Source: Schmidtea polychroa
Lineage: Eukaryota
Length of the DNA stretch: 64,000 bases
Direction of reading: 5' to 3'
Assembly (NCBI GenBank): GCA_044892525.1
Contig: CM097885.1
Span: 28,956,001-29,020,000 of the forward strand
Shown: positions 23,153 through 34,381 of the stretch, piece after piece
Layout of the letters: the number at the start of each line of letters is the position of its first letter
How positions within the stretch are numbered: the stretch's first letter is position 1
The notes under the pieces: model-generated
Database searches by the model: none
What the model was told of the DNA's origin: nothing
The model's input: the letters and a program-made list of their open reading frames with translations, nothing else
Made by a program: the position numbers and the translations under genes

Positions 23153-23968
23153 TCAATTCTTGGAGTTCTTTCTCAATACAGGGAATCGAGACTCATGAGA
23201 GAAGTTGTTACGAGAATGCTTCTCCTTCCCGAGCATTTTGTCAATATCGACGGGTAAATAGTGATCCGTGACATATTTAATTCCTCCCGCCGGAACTATC
23301 TTAAAAATCTCCTTGGAGGGAATTGAATGATTCGAGGATATTTCCTTTATGGCGGAGTTAGCTGCGGATAACGACGCTTCGAGAGCTGCCATCGCATCTC
23401 GGCGTTTCTGGTTTTTCTCGGCTCGGGTTGGCCGTTTCCGTTTGCGAGATGATGGACGGTTATCCGCGTTCGAGGTGACGACAGGTGCTATTAAGATGGG
23501 AGCTAAGATTGGATCGGTAGGTCCACCTACCAAAGGTTGATAGCTTGATAACGTTGGAGCCGGAACTGGTGGCAAATATGAACCATGCCCTTGACAGCTG
23601 GGGGTAGTCGATTGAGATATTTGATGATGGGAAGGAAAAACATTCGATCCATCCAATACGGGATATTCGCGTACTCGCTTTGCTATTTCTGCCTCCGTGT
23701 AAACCTTATGGAGGGCTTCTGATTGTGCTTTTATTGTGAGCCTTTGACATCGGCTCTCTTCCAGTAGGCTGTCCCTACAGTGCTCCAGCCTGAGGATCTT
23801 AGCCTTTTCCTCCTTCATCTGTGGCGGGGAGAACCACGTTCTTTCGTAAAAATCTATCCTCTTCTTGAGGGCCCCTATATATAAATGGAGTTGCGCGATG
23901 TCCGAGTTCTTGTCAGAGCAAGAGAAACACGGACGCAGTTCTTTGGCTTTAGTGGAGAGTACTGACAT
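23153..23968 (-). CDS. Orphan 271 aa ORF inside the LTR (CxxC, coiled coil, Pro-rich, basic NLS-like RKRKRP)
   Basis: Intact ATG ORF; ATG immediately preceded by acceptor-like TTTATTTTCTAG. Confidence 0.6.
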   Translation of the reverse strand: MSVLSTKAKELRPCFSCSDKNSDIAQLHLYIGALKKRIDFYERTWFSPPQMKEEKAKILRLEHCRDSLLEESRCQRLTIKAQSEALHKVYTEAEIAKRVREYPVLDGSNVFPSHHQISQSTTPSCQGHGSYLPPVPAPTLSSYQPLVGGPTDPILAPILIAPVVTSNADNRPSSRKRKRPTRAEKNQKRRDAMAALEASLSAANSAIKEISSNHSIPSKEIFKIVPAGGIKYVTDHYLPVDIDKMLGKEKHSRNNFSHESRFPVLRKNSKN

Positions 23969-25567
23969 CTAGAAAATAAATCATGTTTCACACTTAAAAG
24001 CCACAATCATTATCCTATTAGTTGAAATTAGAACCTATACTCAGAAAATTCGTCCATCACGCCAATCAACAGCCTCTACTAAGATGACTTGTTTCACTCG
24101 TCCGCACATCCTACATTCACTCATTTACGAAACAGCATTCAAACGCATTGCTTTAATCAAGATACTCAAGGGAAGAAGACGGGGAATATTAAATTCAATT
24201 CATTACTGAAAAATCTTCAATTTACTCTATATAATAAGGAGTTGTATGTTAATTTCTATATCAGTGTTAAACCTGAGGTTCATAATGACGAGTTAAAATT
24301 TAACAAATACAATAATATGTGGAAATTAAATTATATCATTAACGTGGAAAAATTCAAATTATGTCATAATGCATCGAAAGTTAAATTATACAAATTTTGT
24401 AACCGGCGCTATATTCGTCGTCATGGTGACGTCTACTTGTGTGTATGGGTGTATCAAACTCTCAGTGCTGGCGATGCGAGTTCGTGTGCCTAGGTACGAT
24501 AATTTCAACTCACGTTTTTTCTCATAGTGTTCATTTCATCTACCTCAGTGTAACAGATGTCATCTACTCATTCGTACTACCCACTGTCTCTTTCTCTCCA
24601 GGAGCTGTCATAAATTATTATGTAATACTACTATTATGGATGAAATCTATTGCCTAACTCGAATTGGCGTTTAGTGGAGAAGAGATTAACTATGGGGTGT
24701 ATAAGTGCTTGTAATGTACGAGTCCTAGTGGCTTATCACTTTGTCGGAGACGTCATGAGTAATGTGTCGTAGATACAGCACTACCATAAGACTGACAGAA
24801 AATTCGAACTGGGATGGACAACCTAAATCTCTTATCGTACGATCGACTCTAATCAACATCTACCTACGCATCTACACAGTCAGCTCGTTATGTACATCAG
24901 TCGGTATTTATCTCTGTCAGAGTTTCGTCGGGTATTCAATTCGGGCGGTTATCATCTGCCTAGACTTCACTCCTCAGTTCACTGATAAATCTCACAGCGA
25001 TTCCCTTGATTCAAATAATAATTAACTGATAAGTCTGACAGCGATTTCTTGCGCTTTTGTAGTAAGTACTCTGATAACTTCTCCTGGTTTATTTACTCGA
25101 TTTTCGGGAAAACGACGCTTATCGTAAATTCAAGGTCGACAATCTCACTTAAAAGTACATCGGCGAACGGGTGTGGGCGCTAATGTCCTCATGATCTAAA
25201 TCGAATGATGTCTCAAGAACAGTCTATTGCCGGATTCCATTCAGAGCTATTCGTGTTGTGAGCAACAAAGATTCATTCTGACCACTCTGATCGACAAGCG
25301 GATATCGGACACAAGAAAATGTTCTCTTATCGAGGTGGATTTTTATTAACAAGTGGCAAATGTAACGGTGCTTTTCTTTTCAATCTGAATCGTCTTTTGG
25401 AAATCTAAGTTGTATCCACATTTCTCAGAAGAACCGGTTAACTGGATATAATGACAAAGAGAAATTCTATAAGCGACCGTGATCGGTGAAGGAAATTCTC
25501 ACTGTGTAATTAAATTCTCTAAGCTCCTGAGTTTCCTCACCCCTCATGACCACCCAAGAAGGCATTC

Positions 25568-25765
25568 ATTGCTGCCGCCGTTCTTGCACCGTCATGAGGG
25601 ACAAATCGACCCTTTCACATTTCGATAATCAAAAATTCACATGCAATTATAATGATGATAGATAATAAATAAAAAACAAATTACTCGACGACCCTATCAT
25701 TTGGACTCCAAGTGTGATGCTCCCTCATTCCCAAATCACCAGTTCAAATCCAGCATTAATTAGTA
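25568..25765 (+). repeat. 198 bp direct duplication, left copy (right copy 41161-41358)
   Basis: ATTGCTGCCG...CATTAATTAGTA occurs on both sides of the Polinton; one substitution seen. Confidence 0.95.
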
Positions 25766-26758
25766 GTGTGGTTATATACCCAACCAAAACAGCCCTCCCA
25801 ACAAAACATGCCTCCAAATCACTTAAGCTATTAGAAAAACAACCTAAAACTTATACTTTTATAGTATTTTAACCCTATATTTTGAAAACAACCACCCTTA
25901 ATGACTCTAACTGTTTTAATCTTTAAAGCCTCAAACTCAAAAGCTTCAAACTAAAAACATAAAGAGAATAGAAAAGAAAATGGTATTATGAAAAAGTAAG
26001 AAGGCTACTTGAGGATGCCAACTAGCAAGTTGCTAATTGGCTAATTAAAAAAAATAAATGAAATCTTAATCTTGATGTCTTGAAGAATAAAAAATTTTAT
26101 GAAAATAGTAAAACTGCTCTGAGAGGACAGTGGTATTTTTTTTTTTTTTTTTTTTTTTCACTGTCATCTCAACAGTTTTTTTGATCCGGATCATTTTTTT
26201 CTTTTATTCAACCTCTTTCGTTTATCAAATCTCTTCCAATATACAAGCTGGCCAGGCTCATAATCAGAATCAATTCGATAATAGCAGCACACCTTATTAT
26301 TCGCTTCTCGCTCGAATACGATTTCATCGGCGTTTTAAGTGTGCTGCTCGAAAGTACAAATGAATTCGAAAGTGAATTCGAAAGAGGTCCGAAAACAACT
26401 GAGAAATAAATGTGCACATTAAAGAATCGATCCGGGGGTGTTCGAAAGACAGGTGGCGATAATTACCGGTTCGCCACCATCACCCGTTTCAATAATTTTT
26501 TTTTCATATTTATGTTTAAAAAATAAAATAAAATAAAATAAATAAAATAAAATAAAATAAAAATAAATAAAATAAAATAAAAATAAATAAAATAAAATAT
26601 AAATCTAAGATACCCACACTATTATTTTCAAATTTTTAATATTATTTTATGTTGAAAAAAAACTAACCACAGTTAGGATTTGAACCGCTATCCATTTGAA
26701 CCACGGTGCCGGTCTAGCCCACTGCGCCATCAAGGTTTGAATTTTTGTCATTTTTTTA
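25762..26758 (+). repeat. Polinton left TIR
   Basis: Near-identical reverse complement of about 40194-41162; contains (AAAAT)n. Confidence 0.93.
26655..26737 (-). ncRNA. tRNA-like Pol III unit 1 (in left TIR)
   Basis: A box TGGCGCAGTGG (26719-26729), B box GGTTCAAATCC (26676-26686), T8 terminator. Confidence 0.6.
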
Positions 26759-26885
26759 ATTTTTAATTTATAAAAAAAAAAATAAAATAAAATAAATAAA
26801 ATAAAATATACAAGTACTTTATAAATATAAGATACCCACACTATTTTCAATATTATTTTCAAATTTTTAATATTATTTTATGTTG

Positions 26886-26968
26886 AAAAAAAACTAACCT
26901 CAGATGTGATTTGAACCACTAGCATTTTGAACCACTGTGTCAGTCTAGCCCACTGCGCTATTAAGGTT
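26886..26968 (-). ncRNA. tRNA-like Pol III unit 2 (diverged tandem copy of unit 1)
   Basis: TAGCGCAGTGG, GGTTCAAATCA, T8; part of a ~230 bp tandem duplication. Confidence 0.5.
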
Positions 26969-27035
26969 TGGATTTTTGTCATTTTTTTAATTTTTAATTT
27001 ATAAAAAATGAATAATATAAATCTTAAAAAATAAA

Positions 27036-30000
27036 ATGAAAACAGGGTATCCAATAAAAAATTTTTTTCTAAAAATGAATTGTAATATTTGCAATAAAGT
27101 TTTTAAAAATAAAACTGGATTAATTTCTCACTTAAAATCGAAAGCTCATTTATTAAAAGAAAACAATCTTAATGATACAAATTCAAAACTTTGTCTTAAA
27201 TGTAAAGGAAGATTTCTACATTCTGGATATAATAAACATTTTGAAAATTGTATCGGGAAAAATAGAGAAATATTTACATGTCCTCATTGTAACTTTTCAA
27301 CAAAACTAAATTTCTATTATTTAGAACATATAAAAGAATGTAAAAATAAAAAACAAAATTCTGACGATGAGGAATGTCATTCAGAAGGAGAACCTGATCA
27401 TGTTGAAAGAGAAAAATATAACTGGGATAATTTTAATCATATAGATGAATTTCAATTAAAAATTAATGGGCCTGCAACTCCTGGAGAATATATAAATAAA
27501 AATAAAAAAAATATTAAAAATTCTTTCACTGAAGCTTTAAAAAATTATAAACCGACAAGGTATAATGTTATAAAATATAAAATTATAATCAAAGCAAAAT
27601 ACTGGCGAGGAGCAGAAGAAAAGACAACACCTTTAGATGTTGAAATTGGAATACCCTTTAAATATTTATTTTCAACTAAAGGATTTGATAAAACCATCAA
27701 AGAAATAATTCAAGCAGTAGAAGCAAAACAAGAAGAGGTTGAAAATGAATTAGGAGATTCAAACTTAGTATTCAACTCTTTCCAAACTTTAGTGATTGAT
27801 TATTGGAGAGGATTACCACCTAATCCTAAATCTTATATTCCTACACCCTTTAAATCTAAAAATGTTATAAACATACAGAATAATGATAACAAATGTTTCG
27901 TCTGGTCAATACTTGCACATTTACACCCTCAAGAATCAAACCCTCAAAGAGTTTCAAAATACAAACAATATGAAAATGAATTAATATTTCCCAAAGGATT
28001 CAAACATCCAATGAAACTAGAAGACATTCCAAAATTTGAAAAATTAAATAATCTTAAACTTAATATTTATGAACATGTTATAGGGAAAGAAATTATTCCA
28101 ATTTATATTTCAGATAGTGGAACCAAGGATAACGGAGCACAGGACAACGAGATATATCTTTTAATCTTGGAACAACAAAATAATCAACATTATGTTTTAA
28201 TAAAAAACTTTCAAGCTTTTACATCTCCAGAGAATCCAACTAGTGGAGGAGGAACATGTAAAAGATGTCTTCATTATTCAACAACTAAAAACTCTATGAT
28301 TAAACATACAAGATTTTGTGAAAAAGATGATCCAGCTTTAATTAAAATGCCTAATAATCCCAAGATGTATTTTAAAAACTTTTCAAATTTACTACAAACA
28401 GTTGGAGTTCTTTATGGTGACTTTGAATCTATAAACCATAAACAAGATTTGGTTTATCAATATTTAAAAATAATAGAAAAAAATAAACTCATGGATTTAT
28501 GGAACTCCTCAGGAGAGAAGATGAAACCAGAGAGGATGAAAGCCTTTCTAAGAAAAAGAAATAAACCTAATAGTGTTAAAAAAACTAAACAATTACCATC
28601 TGCTTATAAATTATTATTTAAAAGTAATTATCCTGAACTCATAGAATCTAGAGAATATTCAATTCTAGGAGGTACCCCTGAAGAAGTCTTGAATCATTTT
28701 ACTAAAAATATAAATGATCTAGAACATGAAATATTTAAAATATTAAAAACAAAGTATCCTCAAAATATTTCTAATCAACAACAACAAGAATATGAAAATA
28801 CTTCCAACTGTTGGATGTGTAAACAGAATATTCTTCCTGATGAAAAAGTTATAGATCATGATCATTTAAAAAAGGAAAATAATTATCGAGGAGCAGCTCA
28901 TAAAAATTGCAATCTTAATTGCCATACTCCTAAATTTATACCTGTTATATTTCATAATCTTTTTGGATATGACATACATCTATTTATTAAACATTTAGCA
29001 GCAAATGCTAAAAACTCTTTCAAAGTTATCGGCTTAACAAAGGAAAAATATAAATCAGTTGAATATGGGAAATTAAAATTTATAGACTCGTTAAACTTTC
29101 TTCAAATGTCTCTAGATGGAATAGCTAAAACAATGAAACCAGAAGATTTTAAAATCACTCGAGAATTCTTGGAAAAAAATAATATTCCTCTAGAAGAATA
29201 TCCTACATGTTTAGCAAAAGGAATATATCCTTATGACTATGTTGACTCGTTTGAAAGATATAATGAAACAAGTCTTCCTAACAAAGAAGATTTCTTTTCA
29301 AACTTACTACAATCAGGGATTACAGATCAAGAATATTCTCGAGCATTAAAAATGTGGGAATTATTCAAGTGTAAAACTTTAGGAGAATATACCAACATGT
29401 ATTTATCCTTAGATGTTTATATTCTAGCAGATTGCTTTGAAGAATTTACAAACTCTTTTGTTCTTAAACCTTATAATTATATAACTGCACCCTCTTTAGC
29501 TTGGGATACTATGTTATATACCATTTGGACTTCAAATATAGAAGATGCTGATAAAATTATAGATCTTTTAACTAACCTCGATATGTTTAACCAAATTAAA
29601 ACAAACATTAGAGGAGGAGTCTCTTCAGTAATGGGGAATAGAGAAATAAAAGCTAGAAATGCAATAACTACTAGCCGAAGACTATCTAAACACCCTGATG
29701 ATTCATATATGAAAATTAACAATGAGGAATTAAAAGAATTATTAGAAACAATGAAAAATCCTATATTTATACTTTATATAGATGCAACAGCTTTATATTC
29801 AGGAATTATGACTCAATATTTACCAATGAGTGATTTCACTGAAATAGAGAACCCAACAGATGACCTTATGAAAGAAATACTTTCAACATCGAAAGATTCT
29901 CCAATAGGTTACTTTATAGAATGTGACCTCGACTATCCAGATGATATAAAATCAGGAACAAGATATTTTCCTTTAGCTCCCATAAGAAGAAAGATTGATA

Positions 30001-31355
30001 TCAACGAACTTTCTGAATGGCAAATCTCACAAGATAAACCTCCAACAATGAAACTTCTTTGTGATCAAACAGATCGAAGGTTTTATCTTTGTCACTATAG
30101 ACTCCTCCAATTTTATCTCTCACGAGGAATGATATTAAAAAAAGTTCATAGTGTCATAAGATTTAAACAAGCTCCATTCATGAAAGCTTTTATCGAGGAG
30201 AACATTAGGTGTCGAAACATTGCAAAAAGAGAAGGTAACCTTTTTAAAGATAATAATTATAAACTTTTAAACAATTCAGTATTTGGGAAAACAATGGAGA
30301 ATGTTGATAAATATACTCATATTGAACTCCTAACAAATACTACCAAAGATATTAAGCGTTATAATCGCATGCTAGGAAAGCCTACATTTAAAAACGCACA
30401 AGTATTTTCTGAAAATCTTACTGCAGTAGAATTAAAAAATTATGAGAAAACATATAACAAACCAATATTTATAGGGTTTACAATTTTAGAACTTTCAAAA
30501 TTACAAATGTATGAAACATATTATAACATCTTACAACCTATATACGGAGCAAATATATCAATGCATGCAATGGATACAGATTCAATGTTTTTAACAATAA
30601 GAACTCATGATTTACAAAAAGATATGAAAGAAAATCCTATACTTTCAAATTTAATAAATTCATCTGGAGAACTATTTTCGTTTAAAGATGAAAAACCTTT
30701 TACTCCTATAGAAAATGGAATATTTATTCGTGCTAAACAATATTCATACGAAACATTTAGAAACCCTGAATTTATAACTAGATCATTTATATTTAAAACT
30801 CCAGAAACAGAAGAAACCATTACACATAGATATCCTATATTTCCTAAAGAAGAAAAACCTGTAAAGGATAACAGATGTAAAGGAATACAGAGAGTGGTTG
30901 CAAAGAATCTTTCTCATCAAGATTATATAGATACATTGAATCTAAATCATAAAGATAAAATTGATGAAATACATCAACTTAAAAGTGAAAACCATGATAT
31001 TCACTTGATAGAATCTCAAAAAGTATCATTATCAAATTATGATGATAAGAGATTCATACTAAGTGATTTAAAGACAACTCTACCTATTGGAAATAATTTA
31101 ATCCCTATAATAAAAAATCTAGAAAAGTTGAATAAGTTATATGATACAAAGATTACTGATCTTGATATTTATAATGTTGAAATTATTTATCCCGAGAGAG
31201 AAATCGAGAAACCTTTATATTCTCAAGTTTTTAATCCTATATGTTTAGAACTTAAATATTTTAATACTGATCCTGAATATATAAAAGGTCTAAGTGATAA
31301 AGAATTTAAAGATCATAAATTAATGATTCATAGGTTGGCTTTCAACCATAACTGA
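27036..31355 (+). CDS. polB: Protein-primed family B DNA polymerase with N-terminal zinc fingers and endonuclease VII-like insert
   Basis: CNIC..HLKSKAH; YGDFES; CWMC..DHDH..YRGAAHKNCN; HNLFGYD; KGIYPYDY; YIDATALY; KLLNNSVFGKT; MDTDS. Uninterrupted 1439 aa. Confidence 0.95.
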   Translation: MKTGYPIKNFFLKMNCNICNKVFKNKTGLISHLKSKAHLLKENNLNDTNSKLCLKCKGRFLHSGYNKHFENCIGKNREIFTCPHCNFSTKLNFYYLEHIKECKNKKQNSDDEECHSEGEPDHVEREKYNWDNFNHIDEFQLKINGPATPGEYINKNKKNIKNSFTEALKNYKPTRYNVIKYKIIIKAKYWRGAEEKTTPLDVEIGIPFKYLFSTKGFDKTIKEIIQAVEAKQEEVENELGDSNLVFNSFQTLVIDYWRGLPPNPKSYIPTPFKSKNVINIQNNDNKCFVWSILAHLHPQESNPQRVSKYKQYENELIFPKGFKHPMKLEDIPKFEKLNNLKLNIYEHVIGKEIIPIYISDSGTKDNGAQDNEIYLLILEQQNNQHYVLIKNFQAFTSPENPTSGGGTCKRCLHYSTTKNSMIKHTRFCEKDDPALIKMPNNPKMYFKNFSNLLQTVGVLYGDFESINHKQDLVYQYLKIIEKNKLMDLWNSSGEKMKPERMKAFLRKRNKPNSVKKTKQLPSAYKLLFKSNYPELIESREYSILGGTPEEVLNHFTKNINDLEHEIFKILKTKYPQNISNQQQQEYENTSNCWMCKQNILPDEKVIDHDHLKKENNYRGAAHKNCNLNCHTPKFIPVIFHNLFGYDIHLFIKHLAANAKNSFKVIGLTKEKYKSVEYGKLKFIDSLNFLQMSLDGIAKTMKPEDFKITREFLEKNNIPLEEYPTCLAKGIYPYDYVDSFERYNETSLPNKEDFFSNLLQSGITDQEYSRALKMWELFKCKTLGEYTNMYLSLDVYILADCFEEFTNSFVLKPYNYITAPSLAWDTMLYTIWTSNIEDADKIIDLLTNLDMFNQIKTNIRGGVSSVMGNREIKARNAITTSRRLSKHPDDSYMKINNEELKELLETMKNPIFILYIDATALYSGIMTQYLPMSDFTEIENPTDDLMKEILSTSKDSPIGYFIECDLDYPDDIKSGTRYFPLAPIRRKIDINELSEWQISQDKPPTMKLLCDQTDRRFYLCHYRLLQFYLSRGMILKKVHSVIRFKQAPFMKAFIEENIRCRNIAKREGNLFKDNNYKLLNNSVFGKTMENVDKYTHIELLTNTTKDIKRYNRMLGKPTFKNAQVFSENLTAVELKNYEKTYNKPIFIGFTILELSKLQMYETYYNILQPIYGANISMHAMDTDSMFLTIRTHDLQKDMKENPILSNLINSSGELFSFKDEKPFTPIENGIFIRAKQYSYETFRNPEFITRSFIFKTPETEETITHRYPIFPKEEKPVKDNRCKGIQRVVAKNLSHQDYIDTLNLNHKDKIDEIHQLKSENHDIHLIESQKVSLSNYDDKRFILSDLKTTLPIGNNLIPIIKNLEKLNKLYDTKITDLDIYNVEIIYPEREIEKPLYSQVFNPICLELKYFNTDPEYIKGLSDKEFKDHKLMIHRLAFNHN

Positions 31356-31441
31356 AACCAACGATATTTAATAATAAAATGTCGACAATTAATTTAAGCA
31401 ACTATAGCCACTTGATCTACTTTTTTAAAAATACACCCATT

Positions 31442-32038
31442 TTATAAGTAAGAATTCTTTAACCATTTTTCTCGAGATGTTTTTTTATTACTTATAACAT
31501 TAGCCACCATGCCCTCCCTTTTTAATCTTATAACCTCATTCTTTATATCTTGTATTATTTGATTTGATTTCATTATTTCTTCTTCTGTCAGGATTCCATC
31601 TTCCAAAGCTTTTAATTGAAATAAAAATAATTTAGAGATTCCTAATTCTATTGATAAACAAACTTCTCTATATAAACTTTTCTTTTTAGAAGTATAAGAT
31701 AATGAAACTATTTCAGTTAAGAAACCATCAGCCACAGAAATACTTCCAAGTATTACAGGTGCAAGAGTAACAACTGGTAAAGTTATGGGTAAAATAATTG
31801 TTAATATTGCAGATGCAAATCCTAAAGAATAACCTATAACTTTTAAAACTGTATTCCCTTTATTCCATCTATTTTTAATTTTTTTATAATGCTTTAATAA
31901 ATCTTGTAAATGTAAGGTTTCTGATTTAAATTCTTTTACTCTCATAATTTCAAGTTCTGTGGGAGCCGAGGCCTTGGAAGAATAATATCCTGATGATCTC
32001 AATTCTGGGTAAATTTTTTCTTCTCTTACTTCTTCCAT
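31442..32038 (-). CDS. Polinton conserved membrane-associated protein (PW/'gasderminX'-like)
   Basis: HYKK..W followed by a double hydrophobic segment and a KALEDGILTEEE motif. Confidence 0.55.
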   Translation of the reverse strand: MEEVREEKIYPELRSSGYYSSKASAPTELEIMRVKEFKSETLHLQDLLKHYKKIKNRWNKGNTVLKVIGYSLGFASAILTIILPITLPVVTLAPVILGSISVADGFLTEIVSLSYTSKKKSLYREVCLSIELGISKLFLFQLKALEDGILTEEEIMKSNQIIQDIKNEVIRLKREGMVANVISNKKTSREKWLKNSYL

Positions 32039-32046
32039 TTTAATAA

Positions 32047-33057
32047 TTAAAAAAATAAGACTTTATTCTTCTGAGAACCATCTGGCACCAATACTCGGAT
32101 ATCAAAAGAAACTCTTGTTGAGAGGATATCTTTATACAATTCTCTCAATGCTTTACGAACTTCATCAACATCAACCTTTTTTTCATAAAATATTAAATCT
32201 ATATATTGTACAAGTGAACTAGAAAAATGAATATTCTTACTTTTAACTTTATGTAGTCCATGTGAATGAGTATTAACATACCAATCTCCGTGTGGTAAAT
32301 CATAACTAGTCATTATAACATCACCCTTTTCAAGCTTACTATTATAATCACATTTCACAAACCATTTCATTCTTTCATTATCATCATCAAACAAAAAGAA
32401 ATAAGGATCAATAATTTTTACAACCATAAAAACACCCCATTCTTTACTGTTTGTTGTTATTAAACTTGGTTCTATAAAATGTTTATATGTATGGGGTAAT
32501 AATGTTTTATTCTGTTCTAATTCAGCAGCTCTTTTTCTAATACTATGTGTGGTGTTAATGTGTGTTCCATGAGACTCTAAATTTGAAATTCTTTTATTAA
32601 ATGATGTAATCATCTCATTTATTTTATTATATATTGTATTAAATTTAGTATTCATAATTTGTTTATCTTTAGAATTTAATATAGCAGTATTTAACTTTAC
32701 AACTTGTTCAGTTAACAGACTTTGAAACTTGTCAAATTTATCATTAAATCGTTGTTCGATATTATTAAGCTTTGATTCCATTGAATCAATTTTTGTTGTT
32801 AATGAACTTTCAATTCTTGTTGTTGTTAAATCAGTATATTTTTTAACACCATCTACATATTTCTTATTAACTGCATCAGCTTCATCAGTTGGAAAAGATA
32901 ATTCTTTTATCTTGTGTCCATTTAAAATTAAATCACCCTTCATTGAATCACCTCTTTCATTAATATATTTATTTTCTGTTAAAGTTAATATTTCTTCTGT
33001 ATTAAACCATGTTTTTATTGTTCCACCACCTCTATTACATGGAATATAAGAACTCAT
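32047..33057 (-). CDS. Putative fibre/spike-like protein
   Basis: GDSMKGDLILNGHKIKEL..P...DAVNKKYVD fibre-neck-type motif, then a long coiled coil and a globular C-terminus; adjacent to the penton gene. Confidence 0.5.
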   Translation of the reverse strand: MSSYIPCNRGGGTIKTWFNTEEILTLTENKYINERGDSMKGDLILNGHKIKELSFPTDEADAVNKKYVDGVKKYTDLTTTRIESSLTTKIDSMESKLNNIEQRFNDKFDKFQSLLTEQVVKLNTAILNSKDKQIMNTKFNTIYNKINEMITSFNKRISNLESHGTHINTTHSIRKRAAELEQNKTLLPHTYKHFIEPSLITTNSKEWGVFMVVKIIDPYFFLFDDDNERMKWFVKCDYNSKLEKGDVIMTSYDLPHGDWYVNTHSHGLHKVKSKNIHFSSSLVQYIDLIFYEKKVDVDEVRKALRELYKDILSTRVSFDIRVLVPDGSQKNKVLFF

Positions 33058-33081
33058 TTATTAATAATTTAAAATGAATCT

Positions 33082-33846
33082 TCAAACCTGTTTCAAATGT
33101 AAATACATTGAAATCTCTTCTCCATTAAAATCAATCAATTCTCCTTCTTGATTAAGAATTTTAAAATTAATATCCATTATATATTTTCTACATAAAGGTA
33201 AATAATTTGGAGGATTCATTCTTTCAACTATTTTATATCCCATAGGAACTGTGTTTGAGGGAAAGGAATATAAAACATTTGTTTGTTTACCATTATTATA
33301 AGAACCTGTTATACAATCGCAATGAATATTTATTGTGTTTGTATTTATTATTTTTATAATATGTTCTGATGTTATTATTTTATCTTCTTTTATTGTTATA
33401 TCCATAGGTTTAAATCCTAAAACTGTGTGAAAGAAACAATTATCTAAAAAACTAATTTTTATATTCTTCAAAGTCATTACACATTTTGAAGTTGGTATAT
33501 CCATTTTAATTTTAATACCTTCATTTGTTTTTTTAGAAAGTATATCATTTAAATCTTTTATCTCATATGCCCCAGGTTCTATTGTTATAATTTCTGGTTT
33601 ATGCCCATCACGAGTTTGAATAGTAAATTTATTATTATCTTTAGTTATATTAAAAATAGTATTATAAGCACAAAACCATAATAGCCCCAATTCATAATTT
33701 AAATTTTGATCTAATTTAATTGAATCTTGAAAGTTTATAGTAAACTCTGATTCTTTTGAATTTATAGATAAAGTTCTTGAATATTTATCTGACATTATGT
33801 TTACCATTTTTTTTAAATTATCTTCCGGAGGGTTGTGAAGCTCCAT
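33082..33846 (-). CDS. Minor capsid protein (penton, PX)
   Basis: IEPGAYEIKDLN, INIHCDCITGSYNNG, GYKIVER..P.YLPL, NQEGELIDFNGE motifs. Confidence 0.85.
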   Translation of the reverse strand: MELHNPPEDNLKKMVNIMSDKYSRTLSINSKESEFTINFQDSIKLDQNLNYELGLLWFCAYNTIFNITKDNNKFTIQTRDGHKPEIITIEPGAYEIKDLNDILSKKTNEGIKIKMDIPTSKCVMTLKNIKISFLDNCFFHTVLGFKPMDITIKEDKIITSEHIIKIINTNTINIHCDCITGSYNNGKQTNVLYSFPSNTVPMGYKIVERMNPPNYLPLCRKYIMDINFKILNQEGELIDFNGEEISMYLHLKQV

Positions 33847-33894
33847 TTCTTTAGGAGTAAATTCATATAGTAAAAATCCTTATAGTAAAAATCC

Positions 33895-34359
33895 TTATAG
33901 TAGAGATTCTAGATCATTATAAATTTCTTGAATTATAGATTCAAAATCCTGCGTATGCCCCTTTCCCTCTCCCTTATTCAATCTATACAAAACATATAAA
34001 CTTAAAATACCACATATTTTAGTATTCAAAGGTTGAACTTGTAAAGAGTTAAAAGTATAACCATTTGGGGAATCAATCGGAGAACCCCTCAAGAGATAAT
34101 CTTCAACTTCTTTAGTAGGTTTAATCCCAAAAGAATCAAAGTAGATAGATTTCTTATATATACAAACCCAATGAGATCCTTTTTCATTTGAATTTTGATA
34201 ATTGATTATTATATTCAGGGGACTCTCCAGACTTGATAATTCATCATTCATTAATATTTTTATTTTTAAATTTAAATAATTTGCATAATCTTTTAAATCA
34301 AAATTTGTTTTTGCATTTATTCCAAATGTTTTTAAAAAATCTAATATTGAAGGAGTCAT
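33895..34359 (-). CDS. Adenain-like cysteine protease
   Basis: GSHWV, YFDSFG, QVQ...CG catalytic His/Asp/Gln/Cys pattern. Confidence 0.92.
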   Translation of the reverse strand: MTPSILDFLKTFGINAKTNFDLKDYANYLNLKIKILMNDELSSLESPLNIIINYQNSNEKGSHWVCIYKKSIYFDSFGIKPTKEVEDYLLRGSPIDSPNGYTFNSLQVQPLNTKICGILSLYVLYRLNKGEGKGHTQDFESIIQEIYNDLESLL

Positions 34360-34381
34360 TTTGTATTTTAAAACTTCGTAT

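Noticed and set aside
26130..26417. Duplicated small ORFs here and at 40519-40806
   Set aside because: Arise from the TIR symmetry and a T homopolymer; no coding signal.
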